Source of the DNA: a virus
Lineage: Duplodnaviria > Caudoviricetes
Length of the DNA: 64,000 nucleotides
Direction: 5' to 3' (one strand)
IMG/VR virus record: IMGVR_UViG_3300037249_001405
Location: 32,001-96,000 of that record
Under the pieces are notes generated by a model, which saw only the letters and a program-made list of their open reading frames with translations, ran no database searches and was not told the DNA's origin. Position 1 is the first letter of the stretch; each line of letters opens with the position of its first letter. Shown here piece after piece: positions 49,531 to 58,683 of this stretch. A program made the position numbers and the translations under genes.

Positions 49531-50850
49531 ATGGCACTAAAAAAATTTTCGGACCTTTCTGAGTCCGAATTTGAATCAATCTTCAAAACACCTGAAGATT
49601 GCATGAATTATCTCTGCTATTTGCAGATTAATTCATTAGTAAGTTCTAAATCAAAATGCCCAGATTGTGGGAAAGAACTTACTTTCGACCATTTGAAGAT
49701 CGTAAAATCCTCAAATGGTCGCCCAATTGTTGTTCATCGTCACAAAAATGGCGCTGAATGGGGACAAGCTTTGTGCGGACATAGATTTGAAAGCTCAAAG
49801 CTGATGTTCTCTTTTACCGATACAATAACTAAAAAAACTCGGGAAAGGGATGAAAAGGGTGAACCTATTTCCAAAACAGAAACGGTCACCTTCAAACCAT
49901 TTGATCTTAAACTTGATAACCGAATTCTCGGTATGTTTAAGATCACTTGGGCAATTGTAAGTGATAAAATTTTCACTAATATTCTTATCAGGAATACTAA
50001 GTCTGAAAATTGGACTGCTTACAATAAAAGAGTAGATTTGGTAATCCGAAATTATTGGGTTAATTCCGTTAGAAATAATGGTGAACCCGATGGAATTTCC
50101 AGATTAGAATTTATCAACTATCTCACAACAATCTTTGCTACTGTAAAGAAATTTGGTAAAGATTTTATGGGAGTAGTTAAGTCAGATCTAATTACTCCTT
50201 CTCAGAAAGAAGAAGATGCTCCTATCTATTCCTCTGATGTAGAAGTATACTCGGAGGAGGATGGAGAGGAGATTCGGGAAACAAATACACCTGCTACTCA
50301 GAGTGGTGAAGGTGATGTTGCTCCTGAGAATGAATCAACTGAGACCAAAAAGAGGGTGTATCCTGTTGGGACCTCTTTTATGGTTAGGTCTATTTATTGT
50401 AAGATATATGATGAAATAGACAAAAATCCTAACCAGCGTGATATACTACTCTACAAAGGATACCTTGCTGCAGCGGCACAAAGGTACGCTGAAGGAGACA
50501 AGCAATCCTATAATAGGGTCCTTCATGAAATGCCTGGATTCGATAATTTTGACCACGTAAAGGACGTGTGTGAAAATTGTCTTAACATTATTAATTCACC
50601 ACTTTTGGGAGCAAAGTCTCTTTGCAATCCGAATATTAAATCGGAAGAGGAAGAATCACCCTCTGGTGAATGCAAGTTGATTTTGTCCACTGAATTGGAT
50701 GAAATTTATGAGAAATCCCCCAAAAAAGATTTCAATTTGTCTGAATATTTCTGGACGATCAAGGATTTTATTCAGATTGTCAAGGAATCTTTAGGATACA
50801 ATCTTACTGAACAAATAGTTTGTAAGTACTTCGAAAGTAAATTGAAATAA
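49531..50850 (+). CDS. Hypothetical protein with an N-terminal IS1595-like Zn ribbon
   Basis: FKTPEDCMNYL...CPDCG...CGHRF; no DDE core recognised. Confidence 0.65.
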   Translation: MALKKFSDLSESEFESIFKTPEDCMNYLCYLQINSLVSSKSKCPDCGKELTFDHLKIVKSSNGRPIVVHRHKNGAEWGQALCGHRFESSKLMFSFTDTITKKTRERDEKGEPISKTETVTFKPFDLKLDNRILGMFKITWAIVSDKIFTNILIRNTKSENWTAYNKRVDLVIRNYWVNSVRNNGEPDGISRLEFINYLTTIFATVKKFGKDFMGVVKSDLITPSQKEEDAPIYSSDVEVYSEEDGEEIRETNTPATQSGEGDVAPENESTETKKRVYPVGTSFMVRSIYCKIYDEIDKNPNQRDILLYKGYLAAAAQRYAEGDKQSYNRVLHEMPGFDNFDHVKDVCENCLNIINSPLLGAKSLCNPNIKSEEEESPSGECKLILSTELDEIYEKSPKKDFNLSEYFWTIKDFIQIVKESLGYNLTEQIVCKYFESKLK

Positions 50851-50996
50851 CTTACAAACACTCAATATATAAAATAAACCATCTTTTTAGGTGGTTTATT
50901 TTTTTTTTATTCCAAAAATCCTCCCCCTCAAATTCTTACTAGAGAATAATTTTCATATAAAAATAGAATTAATAATTAAAAATATAAATTTCAAAA

Positions 50997-53903
50997 ATGG
51001 AAAAAGACAACGACGCAGCAGCAATGGACTTTTTGAAAGATCTTACTAAATTTTTCTCAAAAATTGGTCCCGGTTCTAAACTTTCAGCTGAGGAAAGAGA
51101 GGCTGAGTTTCAGAATTTTGCGAAAGATCAAATGTCTTCATGGTCTGAAGAGCAGAGAGAGAATTTTAGAGGTAGGCTCAAGAAGAAATTCTTATCCGAG
51201 GAGTTCAGTGAGAACTTAACTGATAATTCATCTAGAGTAATTAAAAGACTGAATGCTTTAGGTGATAGTTTTATAAGTGTTCCATCGCTTATTTATGATA
51301 TATTCAAAAATGCTGGTGGGTCACTTTTAGATGCTTCTCCTATATTGGCTCAGGCAATATCTACAAAGTCTCAGCAAGATTTCGAGGAGTTCTATAAGAA
51401 ACTCAATGATTTAACAGCGAAACAATCTGATCTTTATGATAGCTTGGATCCTGCTAATAAACTTTATATGCTATTTACATCTATTTCGTTTATTCAAGAT
51501 TCGATTAGTGATGTAATTAGGGCATCCTTGTCTACCCTTAACACTAAATTTCAACCAAATGGTGATGCTGAAATGACTGCCGCATTATCTTCAATGGTTA
51601 GTGCATTGGGTAATCATAAGTTTACTACAGAAGATCTTTTGCTTGCGGTTATCAATAAAATAGTTCATTCAGTTGCGAATAAAACTGTTAATATAGCTAT
51701 TGACGTTGATTTGATCAAGGCTCTTCATGACTTTGGATTGACAGATAAAGTCATTCTAGAGGCCTGGAGAAGGGATTTCTTTAATAGAATTTCAGAAGAG
51801 GCTAAAGAATACATACCAGAAAATATGCCTCAACCACCTTCATTCGAAAGAATTACAGAGAAGGAGTTTGTAGAAGCTGGTAATGATGGATCCAGAAAAG
51901 TGGTTAACAAAAAGAAAGTTGACGTTAATCCGTCTGGTGAAAAGAAATCTGCTACGCCATATTTGGATAGATTTGGCGTTGATCTTTGTGAAAAAGCTCG
52001 AAAGGGTGAGGTAGATCCACTTATTGGTCGTACTGAAGAGATTAACGACATGTTCAGGATACTTTGCAACAGAAAGAAAAAATCCGTTGCATTAGTAGGT
52101 AAGGCAGGTTGTGGTAAAACTTCTTTAGTGGAGGAACTAGCAAGACTTATTGTAAGCGGTAAAGTTCCAGATAAGCTAAAGAATGTCAGGTTAGTTTCTA
52201 TTCCTATCTTCAGTATAAAAGCTGGGGCAAGTCTTCGTGGTGAACTTGAGGGTAGGTTAGAAGGAATTATAAAGGAAGTTCTATCTTCAGGACAGAAGAT
52301 AATCCTTTATATGGATGAGATGCATCAATTTGGTTCTGGTGTTGATGGTAATACTATATCAGATGTACTAAAGCCGTATCTCGCTAATGGTTCTATTACC
52401 TTAATTGGTTCTACAACTGATTCAGAGTTTAGAAGATATATTGAGAATGATAGAGCTATGGTAAGAAGATTTAGCAAGATCATTATAGAGGAACCATCAA
52501 TTGATGAAACTATTGAGATTCTCAAGAAATCTATGGATAATTATTCAACTTACCATAAAGTTCAATATCCAGAGGATGTAATTGAATTTGCTGTTAAAAC
52601 AAGTTCAAGATATCTTCATGATAATGCTAATCCTGATCTTTCTTTGAATATTCTTGATAGGGCAGGTTCAGCTTGCGAGCTTTCACATAAGACTGCTCAT
52701 AACAAAGTTAAAAAGCAGATTAAAGCTTATGAGAAAGAATTAAAGGATCTAACTGGAAAAAGAACTACTTTAGTTTTTGAATCAGCTAATGATCCTAATA
52801 AGCTTGTTGAGATTAATGCAATCCAACCAAGAATAGAAGAATTGGAAAAGGATATAGCTAACCTCAAAAATCCACAGAAGGCTGATAGAACAACATGGCC
52901 TGCTGTTACGATTAAAGACGTAGCCACTGTTATATCAGATGCAGCTAATGTTCCAATTGATATTATACTTGAGCCTGAAATCGATAAGTTGGCAAAACTT
53001 AAAGAGGTAATAGGTAAGGTAGTAATAGGACAAGATCAGGCTGTCGATACAATGGCAAGAGCTTTGTGTAGGTCTTACCTCGGACTTAGAAATCCGAAAA
53101 GACCAGTAGCTTCTTTCATGTTTATCGGACCTACTGGTGTTGGTAAAACTGAATTGGCTAAGAAAACAGCTGAAATTGTTTTCGGAACTGAGGAAGCATT
53201 CTTGAGAATTGATGGTGGTGAGTATAGCCAACCTCATACAGACACAAAGCTTCTTGGTGCTCCCCCTTCATTCGTTGGTTTTGGTACAACTCCACCTGTG
53301 TTTGAGAAGATTAGAAAAAGACCATATACTTTGGTGTTGGTAGATGAGGTGGAAAAAATTCATCCTGATATCGTGAACAAAGTATTCTTGTCTATCCTTG
53401 ATGAAGGTACTGTTACTATGTCTGATCAAACAGTTATCGATATGAGAAACTGTGTCATTGTATTTACAGGTAACATTGGATCTACTTCAGCTAATAAAGT
53501 TTCATTCAACCTCAACCAGAATGAAGAGGAAAAAGCTGAGGCTGTTAAAAAGGGTTACATGAGTGCAATGAAAGCATATTTCAGACCAGAATTTTTGGGT
53601 AGGCTTACTGAGGTTGTTTGCTTTAATCAGCTCAACTCAGAGCAAATGCATTCTATTCTCGAACTTGAAATTGAGAAGTTTAAGGATAGAACTGGAAAGT
53701 CTTTGACTTTGACAGATGCTTTAAAGGATTATCTTATATCTAAAGTAGACTTTAAACTCGGGGCTAGAAATCTTGGTGTCGTAATTCAAAAGGAGATCGA
53801 AGATAAAATAGCTGACGCTATTCTTGATAATAAGAAGCTCTATAAGAAAACAGCTATAGAGGCTGATTACAAGGATGGTAATGTAAAACTAAATTTCAAA
53901 TAG
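50997..53903 (+). CDS. ClpB/ClpC-family double AAA+ chaperone
   Basis: DPLIGR, GKAGCGKT, YMDEMH, IGQDQA, GPTGVGKTE, LVDEVEK, FRPEFLGR, GARNL; novel N-terminal domain. Confidence 0.92.
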   Translation: MEKDNDAAAMDFLKDLTKFFSKIGPGSKLSAEEREAEFQNFAKDQMSSWSEEQRENFRGRLKKKFLSEEFSENLTDNSSRVIKRLNALGDSFISVPSLIYDIFKNAGGSLLDASPILAQAISTKSQQDFEEFYKKLNDLTAKQSDLYDSLDPANKLYMLFTSISFIQDSISDVIRASLSTLNTKFQPNGDAEMTAALSSMVSALGNHKFTTEDLLLAVINKIVHSVANKTVNIAIDVDLIKALHDFGLTDKVILEAWRRDFFNRISEEAKEYIPENMPQPPSFERITEKEFVEAGNDGSRKVVNKKKVDVNPSGEKKSATPYLDRFGVDLCEKARKGEVDPLIGRTEEINDMFRILCNRKKKSVALVGKAGCGKTSLVEELARLIVSGKVPDKLKNVRLVSIPIFSIKAGASLRGELEGRLEGIIKEVLSSGQKIILYMDEMHQFGSGVDGNTISDVLKPYLANGSITLIGSTTDSEFRRYIENDRAMVRRFSKIIIEEPSIDETIEILKKSMDNYSTYHKVQYPEDVIEFAVKTSSRYLHDNANPDLSLNILDRAGSACELSHKTAHNKVKKQIKAYEKELKDLTGKRTTLVFESANDPNKLVEINAIQPRIEELEKDIANLKNPQKADRTTWPAVTIKDVATVISDAANVPIDIILEPEIDKLAKLKEVIGKVVIGQDQAVDTMARALCRSYLGLRNPKRPVASFMFIGPTGVGKTELAKKTAEIVFGTEEAFLRIDGGEYSQPHTDTKLLGAPPSFVGFGTTPPVFEKIRKRPYTLVLVDEVEKIHPDIVNKVFLSILDEGTVTMSDQTVIDMRNCVIVFTGNIGSTSANKVSFNLNQNEEEKAEAVKKGYMSAMKAYFRPEFLGRLTEVVCFNQLNSEQMHSILELEIEKFKDRTGKSLTLTDALKDYLISKVDFKLGARNLGVVIQKEIEDKIADAILDNKKLYKKTAIEADYKDGNVKLNFK

Positions 53904-53964
53904 AATATTACTAATTATTGAAAGTGGGGGCTATTGCCTCTACTTTCATTTTTATTATTATAAA

Positions 53965-54879
53965 ATGGAAAAGACTTATAAACAATCTGTTGTATTCCAT
54001 AATTATCCCTATGGAATGTACATTAAGCTTTACCGGGGAGGATTTGATAGAAAAAATAAAAAGGGAATGGATCCCTGTTATAGAAGTTCGACCCCTGTAA
54101 ATGATATAGTTATTGGCAGAACCCTCGACGACCACTATCCAATAAAGCGAGGAATAATACTCTCATCAATGAATAAATATGATAACTCTATCACTAAAGA
54201 ATGGTTTATTAGGGTTGGAAAATTTTTCTTTGGAGAAGATTTTGAAGAAAAAATGGCTGATATCAAAGAGGATGAGTTTATTGCGGTTGATGGAGAATGG
54301 ATGCTGGTTTTTTCTCACTGCAATGATTTAGTATTGTACAGAAAAGAAGATGATAACTTTATACCTAAAAAGGTAACTAAAGAATGTACGGAATATTCTA
54401 AATTTTACAAAACTTGGAATAATATGTATGGGTTCCATTGCCGTAAAAATGAAAAAGGGAAATACACTGTAAAAGGTTATGATTTTGGCAAAGTAGATTT
54501 TGTATTAACTTCTCCTCCTTCACACTATAGAGATTTCTTACCTGAGTACGGTAAGACTGTTGAAATGAAGAGTATGTCTGAACCTTGGGAAGATTATGTC
54601 GATAGGTTATATGAACTTCCACCAATAGATCTTGGAAAATCTTGGGATTATACCGAGGAAGAGAAGTCCAAGTTTAAGGAGGAAGCAGATAAGATTATTC
54701 ACAAAAGAAAAGAGGAAGATAAAAAGTTGGAGGAGAGAAAACATACACCAGGATACTGTGAATTGTGTGGAGAACCTGCTGACTATGTAATTGACCCTTA
54801 TGACGCTGATATCTATAATATTACTGTATATAGATGGTTATGTCCAGATTGTCTGAGATCTATTGCCGGTGATATTTAA
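53965..54879 (+). CDS. Hypothetical protein with a C-terminal Zn finger
   Basis: CELCG...DPY...WLCPDC. Confidence 0.75.
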   Translation: MEKTYKQSVVFHNYPYGMYIKLYRGGFDRKNKKGMDPCYRSSTPVNDIVIGRTLDDHYPIKRGIILSSMNKYDNSITKEWFIRVGKFFFGEDFEEKMADIKEDEFIAVDGEWMLVFSHCNDLVLYRKEDDNFIPKKVTKECTEYSKFYKTWNNMYGFHCRKNEKGKYTVKGYDFGKVDFVLTSPPSHYRDFLPEYGKTVEMKSMSEPWEDYVDRLYELPPIDLGKSWDYTEEEKSKFKEEADKIIHKRKEEDKKLEERKHTPGYCELCGEPADYVIDPYDADIYNITVYRWLCPDCLRSIAGDI

Positions 54880-55020
54880 GAGAAAAAAAAGAAATACATA
54901 CATTTCATTTAAGATTTGTATGTATTTCTTTTCTATTTTAATTCTCTAAAACGTAAAAATAGGGCATCTAGAAAGCACCCAAATTCTAATAGATGAACAT
55001 AAAAAAACGTAATTTAAAAT

Positions 55021-55101
55021 GCGGGTGTGACGGAATTGGTAGACGTAGCACGTTTAGAGCGTGCCGCCAAAAGCGTGGGGGTTCGAGTCCCTTCACCCGT
55101 A
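55021..55101 (+). tRNA. tRNA-Leu(TAG)
   Basis: GCACG-TT TAG AG-CGTGC; long variable arm; GGTTCGAGTCC. Confidence 0.9.
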
Positions 55102-55226
55102 CGATGAGCCGACGGTATTCCGGCCAGGATGTTATCGAATAAGTCAAATTTCCCTTGATACCAGGGTGACATATTGGAAAGACAATAAAAAGCTGGGATG
55201 GCGGAACTGGTCGACGCGGCGGACTT

Positions 55227-55979
55227 AGTTCAACTCCGTTTTACAATTTTTTGGAACATAATTCTTTACTGTGATATTAATTTAAAAAGAAATCACATGA
55301 AAAAGAAGAATTATACTGACGAAGAATTTGTGGAAGCGGTACAAAAATCCAAATCATATTCTGGTGTTTGTAAATTTATAGGTCTATCTCCTAAAGGAGG
55401 TAACTTAAGAACTGTAAAGAACAAAATTCAGATAATGGGTTTGGATACAAGTCATTTTACTTTTGGTAGGTGGAATAAAGGATTAACAAGTGAGGATCAT
55501 AGCTCAATAAAGAAAAAACCTTTAAACGAGATTTTTAAAGAGAATTCTGGATGGAGTTCTCATAATATTAGATTGAAGCTATTCAGAGAGAAACTAAAAG
55601 AAGAGAAGTGTGAACAATGCGGTAGAACCGAATGGAATGGAGAAAAGATTCCACTAGAGTTACACCATATAAATGGTATTCATACTGATAATCAATTAAG
55701 TAATCTCAAAATCCTTTGTCCGAATTGCCATGCTCTTCTTGGATTTGACACCAAGTTTGGTAAATATAAAGTAAAAGAACGAGGTTTGAGTGCACCTGTG
55801 GTAACACAGGATGTAGAAGTGGGCTAATTCGGTGAAGGTGACGGCCTTTAAACGTCAATAACGCCGAGCTAAGTCGATGTATTTTATACATCGTAAATGT
55901 GTAGAGACTATACACCCACCACCCTACTTCTTTCAAGAAGGGGTGAAGACATAGTCCAAGCGGAAAAGATTTCCGTATG
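55227..55979 (+). mobile_element. Group I intron (753 nt)
   Basis: Exon ends in U, intron ends in G; guide sequence TTGAG at 55786; P/Q/R/S-like AATTCGGTGAA, GCCGAGC, GTAGAGACTA, GAAGACATAGTCC. Confidence 0.88.
55297..55827 (+). CDS. Intron-encoded HNH homing endonuclease
   Basis: CEQCG...LELHHING..TDNQLSNLKILCPNCH; true start MKKKNY (the ORF-track start lies inside the tRNA exon). Confidence 0.9.
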   Translation: MKKKNYTDEEFVEAVQKSKSYSGVCKFIGLSPKGGNLRTVKNKIQIMGLDTSHFTFGRWNKGLTSEDHSSIKKKPLNEIFKENSGWSSHNIRLKLFREKLKEEKCEQCGRTEWNGEKIPLELHHINGIHTDNQLSNLKILCPNCHALLGFDTKFGKYKVKERGLSAPVVTQDVEVG

Positions 55980-56235
55980 AAAATCCGCTGGGCAGTAATG
56001 CCCTTGGGGGTTCGAATCCCCCTCCCAGTACCCAGGTGCGAATACTAAGATGACTCCCAGACGTTTGGGTCATCGGATGAGTCGGCAGAGATATGGCGCC
56101 GTATCTCGACTCTTATGGGCAACCCCCCGACTGTACCACATGCCGAGTAGGTACATCGCTACTATTTGCTTTAGTCTGGAAGTGGGTAGTAGTTCCTAGC
56201 GGGAAAAGATAAAATAGCTAGGATTTTTTTTTAAC

Positions 56236-56309
56236 GGTGCGTTAGTTCAGCTGGCTAGAATGCCTGCCTGTCACGCAGGAGGTCACGGGTTCGATCCCCG
56301 TACGTACCG
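56236..56309 (+). tRNA. tRNA-Asp(GTC)
   Basis: CCTGC-CT GTC AC-GCAGG; canonical cloverleaf. Confidence 0.92.
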
Positions 56310-56316
56310 CTATTTT

Positions 56317-56390
56317 GGGGACATAACTCAGTGGTCCAGAGTGCCTCCCTTACAAGGAGGAAGTCGGTGGTTCGACTCCACCTGTCCCCA
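56317..56390 (+). tRNA. tRNA-Val(TAC)
   Basis: CCTCC-CT TAC AA-GGAGG. Confidence 0.92.
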
Positions 56391-56408
56391 CAAAATTCTC
56401 TCTCACCT

Positions 56409-56541
56409 AGGTGGTTGGCGTAATCGGTAGCCGCGCGGGGCCAACATCTCTCTGAGATCTGAACTCTGTGCCCTCGTCCTCCTTTCAGGCGACTGAATTT
56501 AGGGTAAGTAGGGCGTACAGGTTCGAATCCTGAACTGCCTA
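56409..56541 (+). ncRNA. Oversized tRNA-like RNA (133 nt)
   Basis: Acceptor AGGTGGT/ACTGCCT, Leu-type D arm and CAGG-TTCGAAT-CCTG T arm; anticodon and variable regions expanded. Confidence 0.65.
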
Positions 56542-56677
56542 GCGGAGAATTTTTTTTAAGAAATAAGAATAACTAATCAAATACGATTAGTTATTTTTTT
56601 TTTATTTCTTTCAAGTATTTCAGGAGTTCCCTTGAAATTCTAAATAATGATTAATAATAATTAAAAATAATATTAAT

Positions 56678-56872
56678 ATGGACGAATTTGTAATAGTAAC
56701 ATGGTCTGATAACATTCAGTTCTTCCTGGAACAGGAAGGTTTTAAAGAAAATGCCTATCTAATTAATGATGAGAAAGGTCTCGATGACTTTGGTTCAAGT
56801 GCTTACTTTGTAAGAAAAAGTTGGTATTTAGAAAACGAACCAAAACTATTAAAGGCACCAGAAGGATTGTAA
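56678..56872 (+). CDS. Hypothetical protein
   Basis: 64 aa; promoter motif at about 56634-56650. Confidence 0.7.
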   Translation: MDEFVIVTWSDNIQFFLEQEGFKENAYLINDEKGLDDFGSSAYFVRKSWYLENEPKLLKAPEGL

Positions 56873-56888
56873 AATAATAAACAAGAAA

Positions 56889-57419
56889 ATGACAGTATTA
56901 ACTAGTTTATATCACGTATCCTTGTATATTCTTAATCACAGTCCATACGGCAAAAATGAGCCAATGGAATTAGGATTGTTTTCAAGAATATTATTCGATG
57001 CTAATGCATCACAGATATACTCATATGCTTCTGTAATCATCAAAGATTACTGGGAAATTAATGAAGAGAAGGATATGATATTTCCTAAATCTTTTGAAAA
57101 GATGATCTCTTCCGATAAGTATAAAATATGGATAGAAGGGGATAAAATCCGTACCGATCAGGATGCCAACCTAGATTATTTATCAGAAATAACTAAAGAA
57201 ACTCTTGATAATCATCTAAGACTTCCTGCTGGATGTAGTTGGACTATCGAAACTTGGTATAGAGTTAAAATGAGTCCATCTTTTAAAAATTCTAATATAT
57301 TTGAGGATAAAAAGAAAATAACCCCTCCAAATATTTTGGAGTATGTTTATAATAATGTTAAATCTTGCGTAGAGGAACAGTTTTTCCTCGACCAATCATG
57401 TGGTAATTATTATAATTAA
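56889..57419 (+). CDS. Panacea (DUF4065/SocA)-like protein, divergent
   Basis: LYILN...FSRILFDA...I.KD.W...P and DANLDYLSE pattern. Confidence 0.45.
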   Translation: MTVLTSLYHVSLYILNHSPYGKNEPMELGLFSRILFDANASQIYSYASVIIKDYWEINEEKDMIFPKSFEKMISSDKYKIWIEGDKIRTDQDANLDYLSEITKETLDNHLRLPAGCSWTIETWYRVKMSPSFKNSNIFEDKKKITPPNILEYVYNNVKSCVEEQFFLDQSCGNYYN

Positions 57420-57433
57420 TAATACAAATAAAA

Positions 57434-57835
57434 ATGACACAGGAAGAAAAGGAATTACTCTTAAAAGACCTTTGTGCAAGATTGCCTTATGGGGTTATAC
57501 TTGACATTGATACGACAGATTGGAAAGCACCACAAGGTCATATAAAAGTAAAAATTGAAGGTGTTGGCATACTATACAGTGATCTGTCTCTAACTGTTAA
57601 TGGCTCCTATTATGGCAACAAATATAAGCCGTATCTTCGTTCAATGGCGAGTATGACCGAAGAAGAGTACAAAGAATATATGAGTATAGATAATAGAGCT
57701 TATTCTTGTCCGATAGATTATGCACATATTCCTGCTCAAGAGAGAATAGATTGGCTCAATGCTCATCACTTCGATTTTAGGGGTCTCATTGAGAGGAACT
57801 TGGCCTTAGAAGCACCAGAAGGTATGTACAATTAA
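57434..57835 (+). CDS. Bacteroidales-phage-type hypothetical protein
   Basis: MTQEEKELLLKDLCARLPYGV...KPYLRSMASMTEEE...DWLNAHHFDFRGLIE. Confidence 0.8.
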   Translation: MTQEEKELLLKDLCARLPYGVILDIDTTDWKAPQGHIKVKIEGVGILYSDLSLTVNGSYYGNKYKPYLRSMASMTEEEYKEYMSIDNRAYSCPIDYAHIPAQERIDWLNAHHFDFRGLIERNLALEAPEGMYN

Positions 57836-57847
57836 AAACTAAATAAT

Positions 57848-58231
57848 ATGGAAATTACTGAAGATTACGTAAGTTTTGAAATAGCAAAACTTCTTAAAGA
57901 AAAAGGATTTGATATAAGATGTAATACGTACTACATATCAGATAATGAGATTGCAGCATTACCTATTACAAGAGATTTTAATAATCACGGTATTTACTTA
58001 TCCGCTCCAACTCTTCAAATGGTAATGAAGTGGTTGAGGGAAGTTCATGGATTATTTATATCCATTGATAATGATGACCTTGGCTATAATTGGCAAATAA
58101 TGAATGTCGATATTAGGTCAGATAACGGTGATCCTACTTATCTGACAGATTCCTATGCTGGTTATAAATCTTATGAAGATACTGTAGAAGCAGCACTTAA
58201 ATATTCTCTTTCAGAAAAAATTAATCTATGA
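57848..58231 (+). CDS. Bacteroidales-phage-type hypothetical protein
   Basis: [17 protein letters not shown]...[15 protein letters not shown]. Confidence 0.8.
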   Translation: MEITEDYVSFEIAKLLKEKGFDIRCNTYYISDNEIAALPITRDFNNHGIYLSAPTLQMVMKWLREVHGLFISIDNDDLGYNWQIMNVDIRSDNGDPTYLTDSYAGYKSYEDTVEAALKYSLSEKINL

Positions 58232-58584
58232 ACTACAAAGAATTAATAGAGTTAATTGATAATCAACATTTCACTGATTGCGGTGAAGCTAAAGATTACA
58301 TACTTAGTAATAAATATGCTGAACCGTATTCACCAAAATTTAATCCTTTCGGAAGTTATTACTTTACATTTGATGGGGTTAACTTGGTATTGTTAAAAGA
58401 ATCTGGTCAGGTTAAACTAGCTAAAGTAATTGCCTTGAGTGAGATCAAGAAGTTACGTGAGGTTACTGGGCGTGGAATGATGGACTGTAAAAAAGCATTA
58501 GTTAAATCGGATGGAGATTTCGACGAAGCCATCAAAATTCTTGAAACGATACCTAAAATACTCATATATAGAGTGAATGAATAG
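58228..58584 (+). CDS. Small protein with an EF-Ts N-terminal (UBA-like) domain
   Basis: [33 protein letters not shown] matches the EF-Ts N-terminal signature. Confidence 0.8.
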   Translation: MNYKELIELIDNQHFTDCGEAKDYILSNKYAEPYSPKFNPFGSYYFTFDGVNLVLLKESGQVKLAKVIALSEIKKLREVTGRGMMDCKKALVKSDGDFDEAIKILETIPKILIYRVNE

Positions 58585-58683
58585 GAAGAATAAAATAATT
58601 AACTAGTAATATATTAAATTTACTGGTTAATTATTTTTTTTTTCTTACAAAAATCTTGATAATAGATTAAAATGTAGATAATT

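Larger units (their letters stand above)
55192..56030 (+). tRNA. tRNA-Leu(TAA) split by a group I intron (exons 55192-55226 and 55980-56030)
   Basis: Joining ...GCGGACTT to AAAATCCGC... restores a CTTAAAA loop and a full cloverleaf. Confidence 0.9.

Noticed and set aside
49531-50850. IS1595-family transposon
   Set aside because: Only the Zn-ribbon-like start resembles it; no DDE motif or terminal inverted repeats were seen.
55198-55296. ORF-track N-terminal extension of the HNH protein
   Set aside because: It starts inside the tRNA-Leu 5' exon; the plausible start is ATG 55297.
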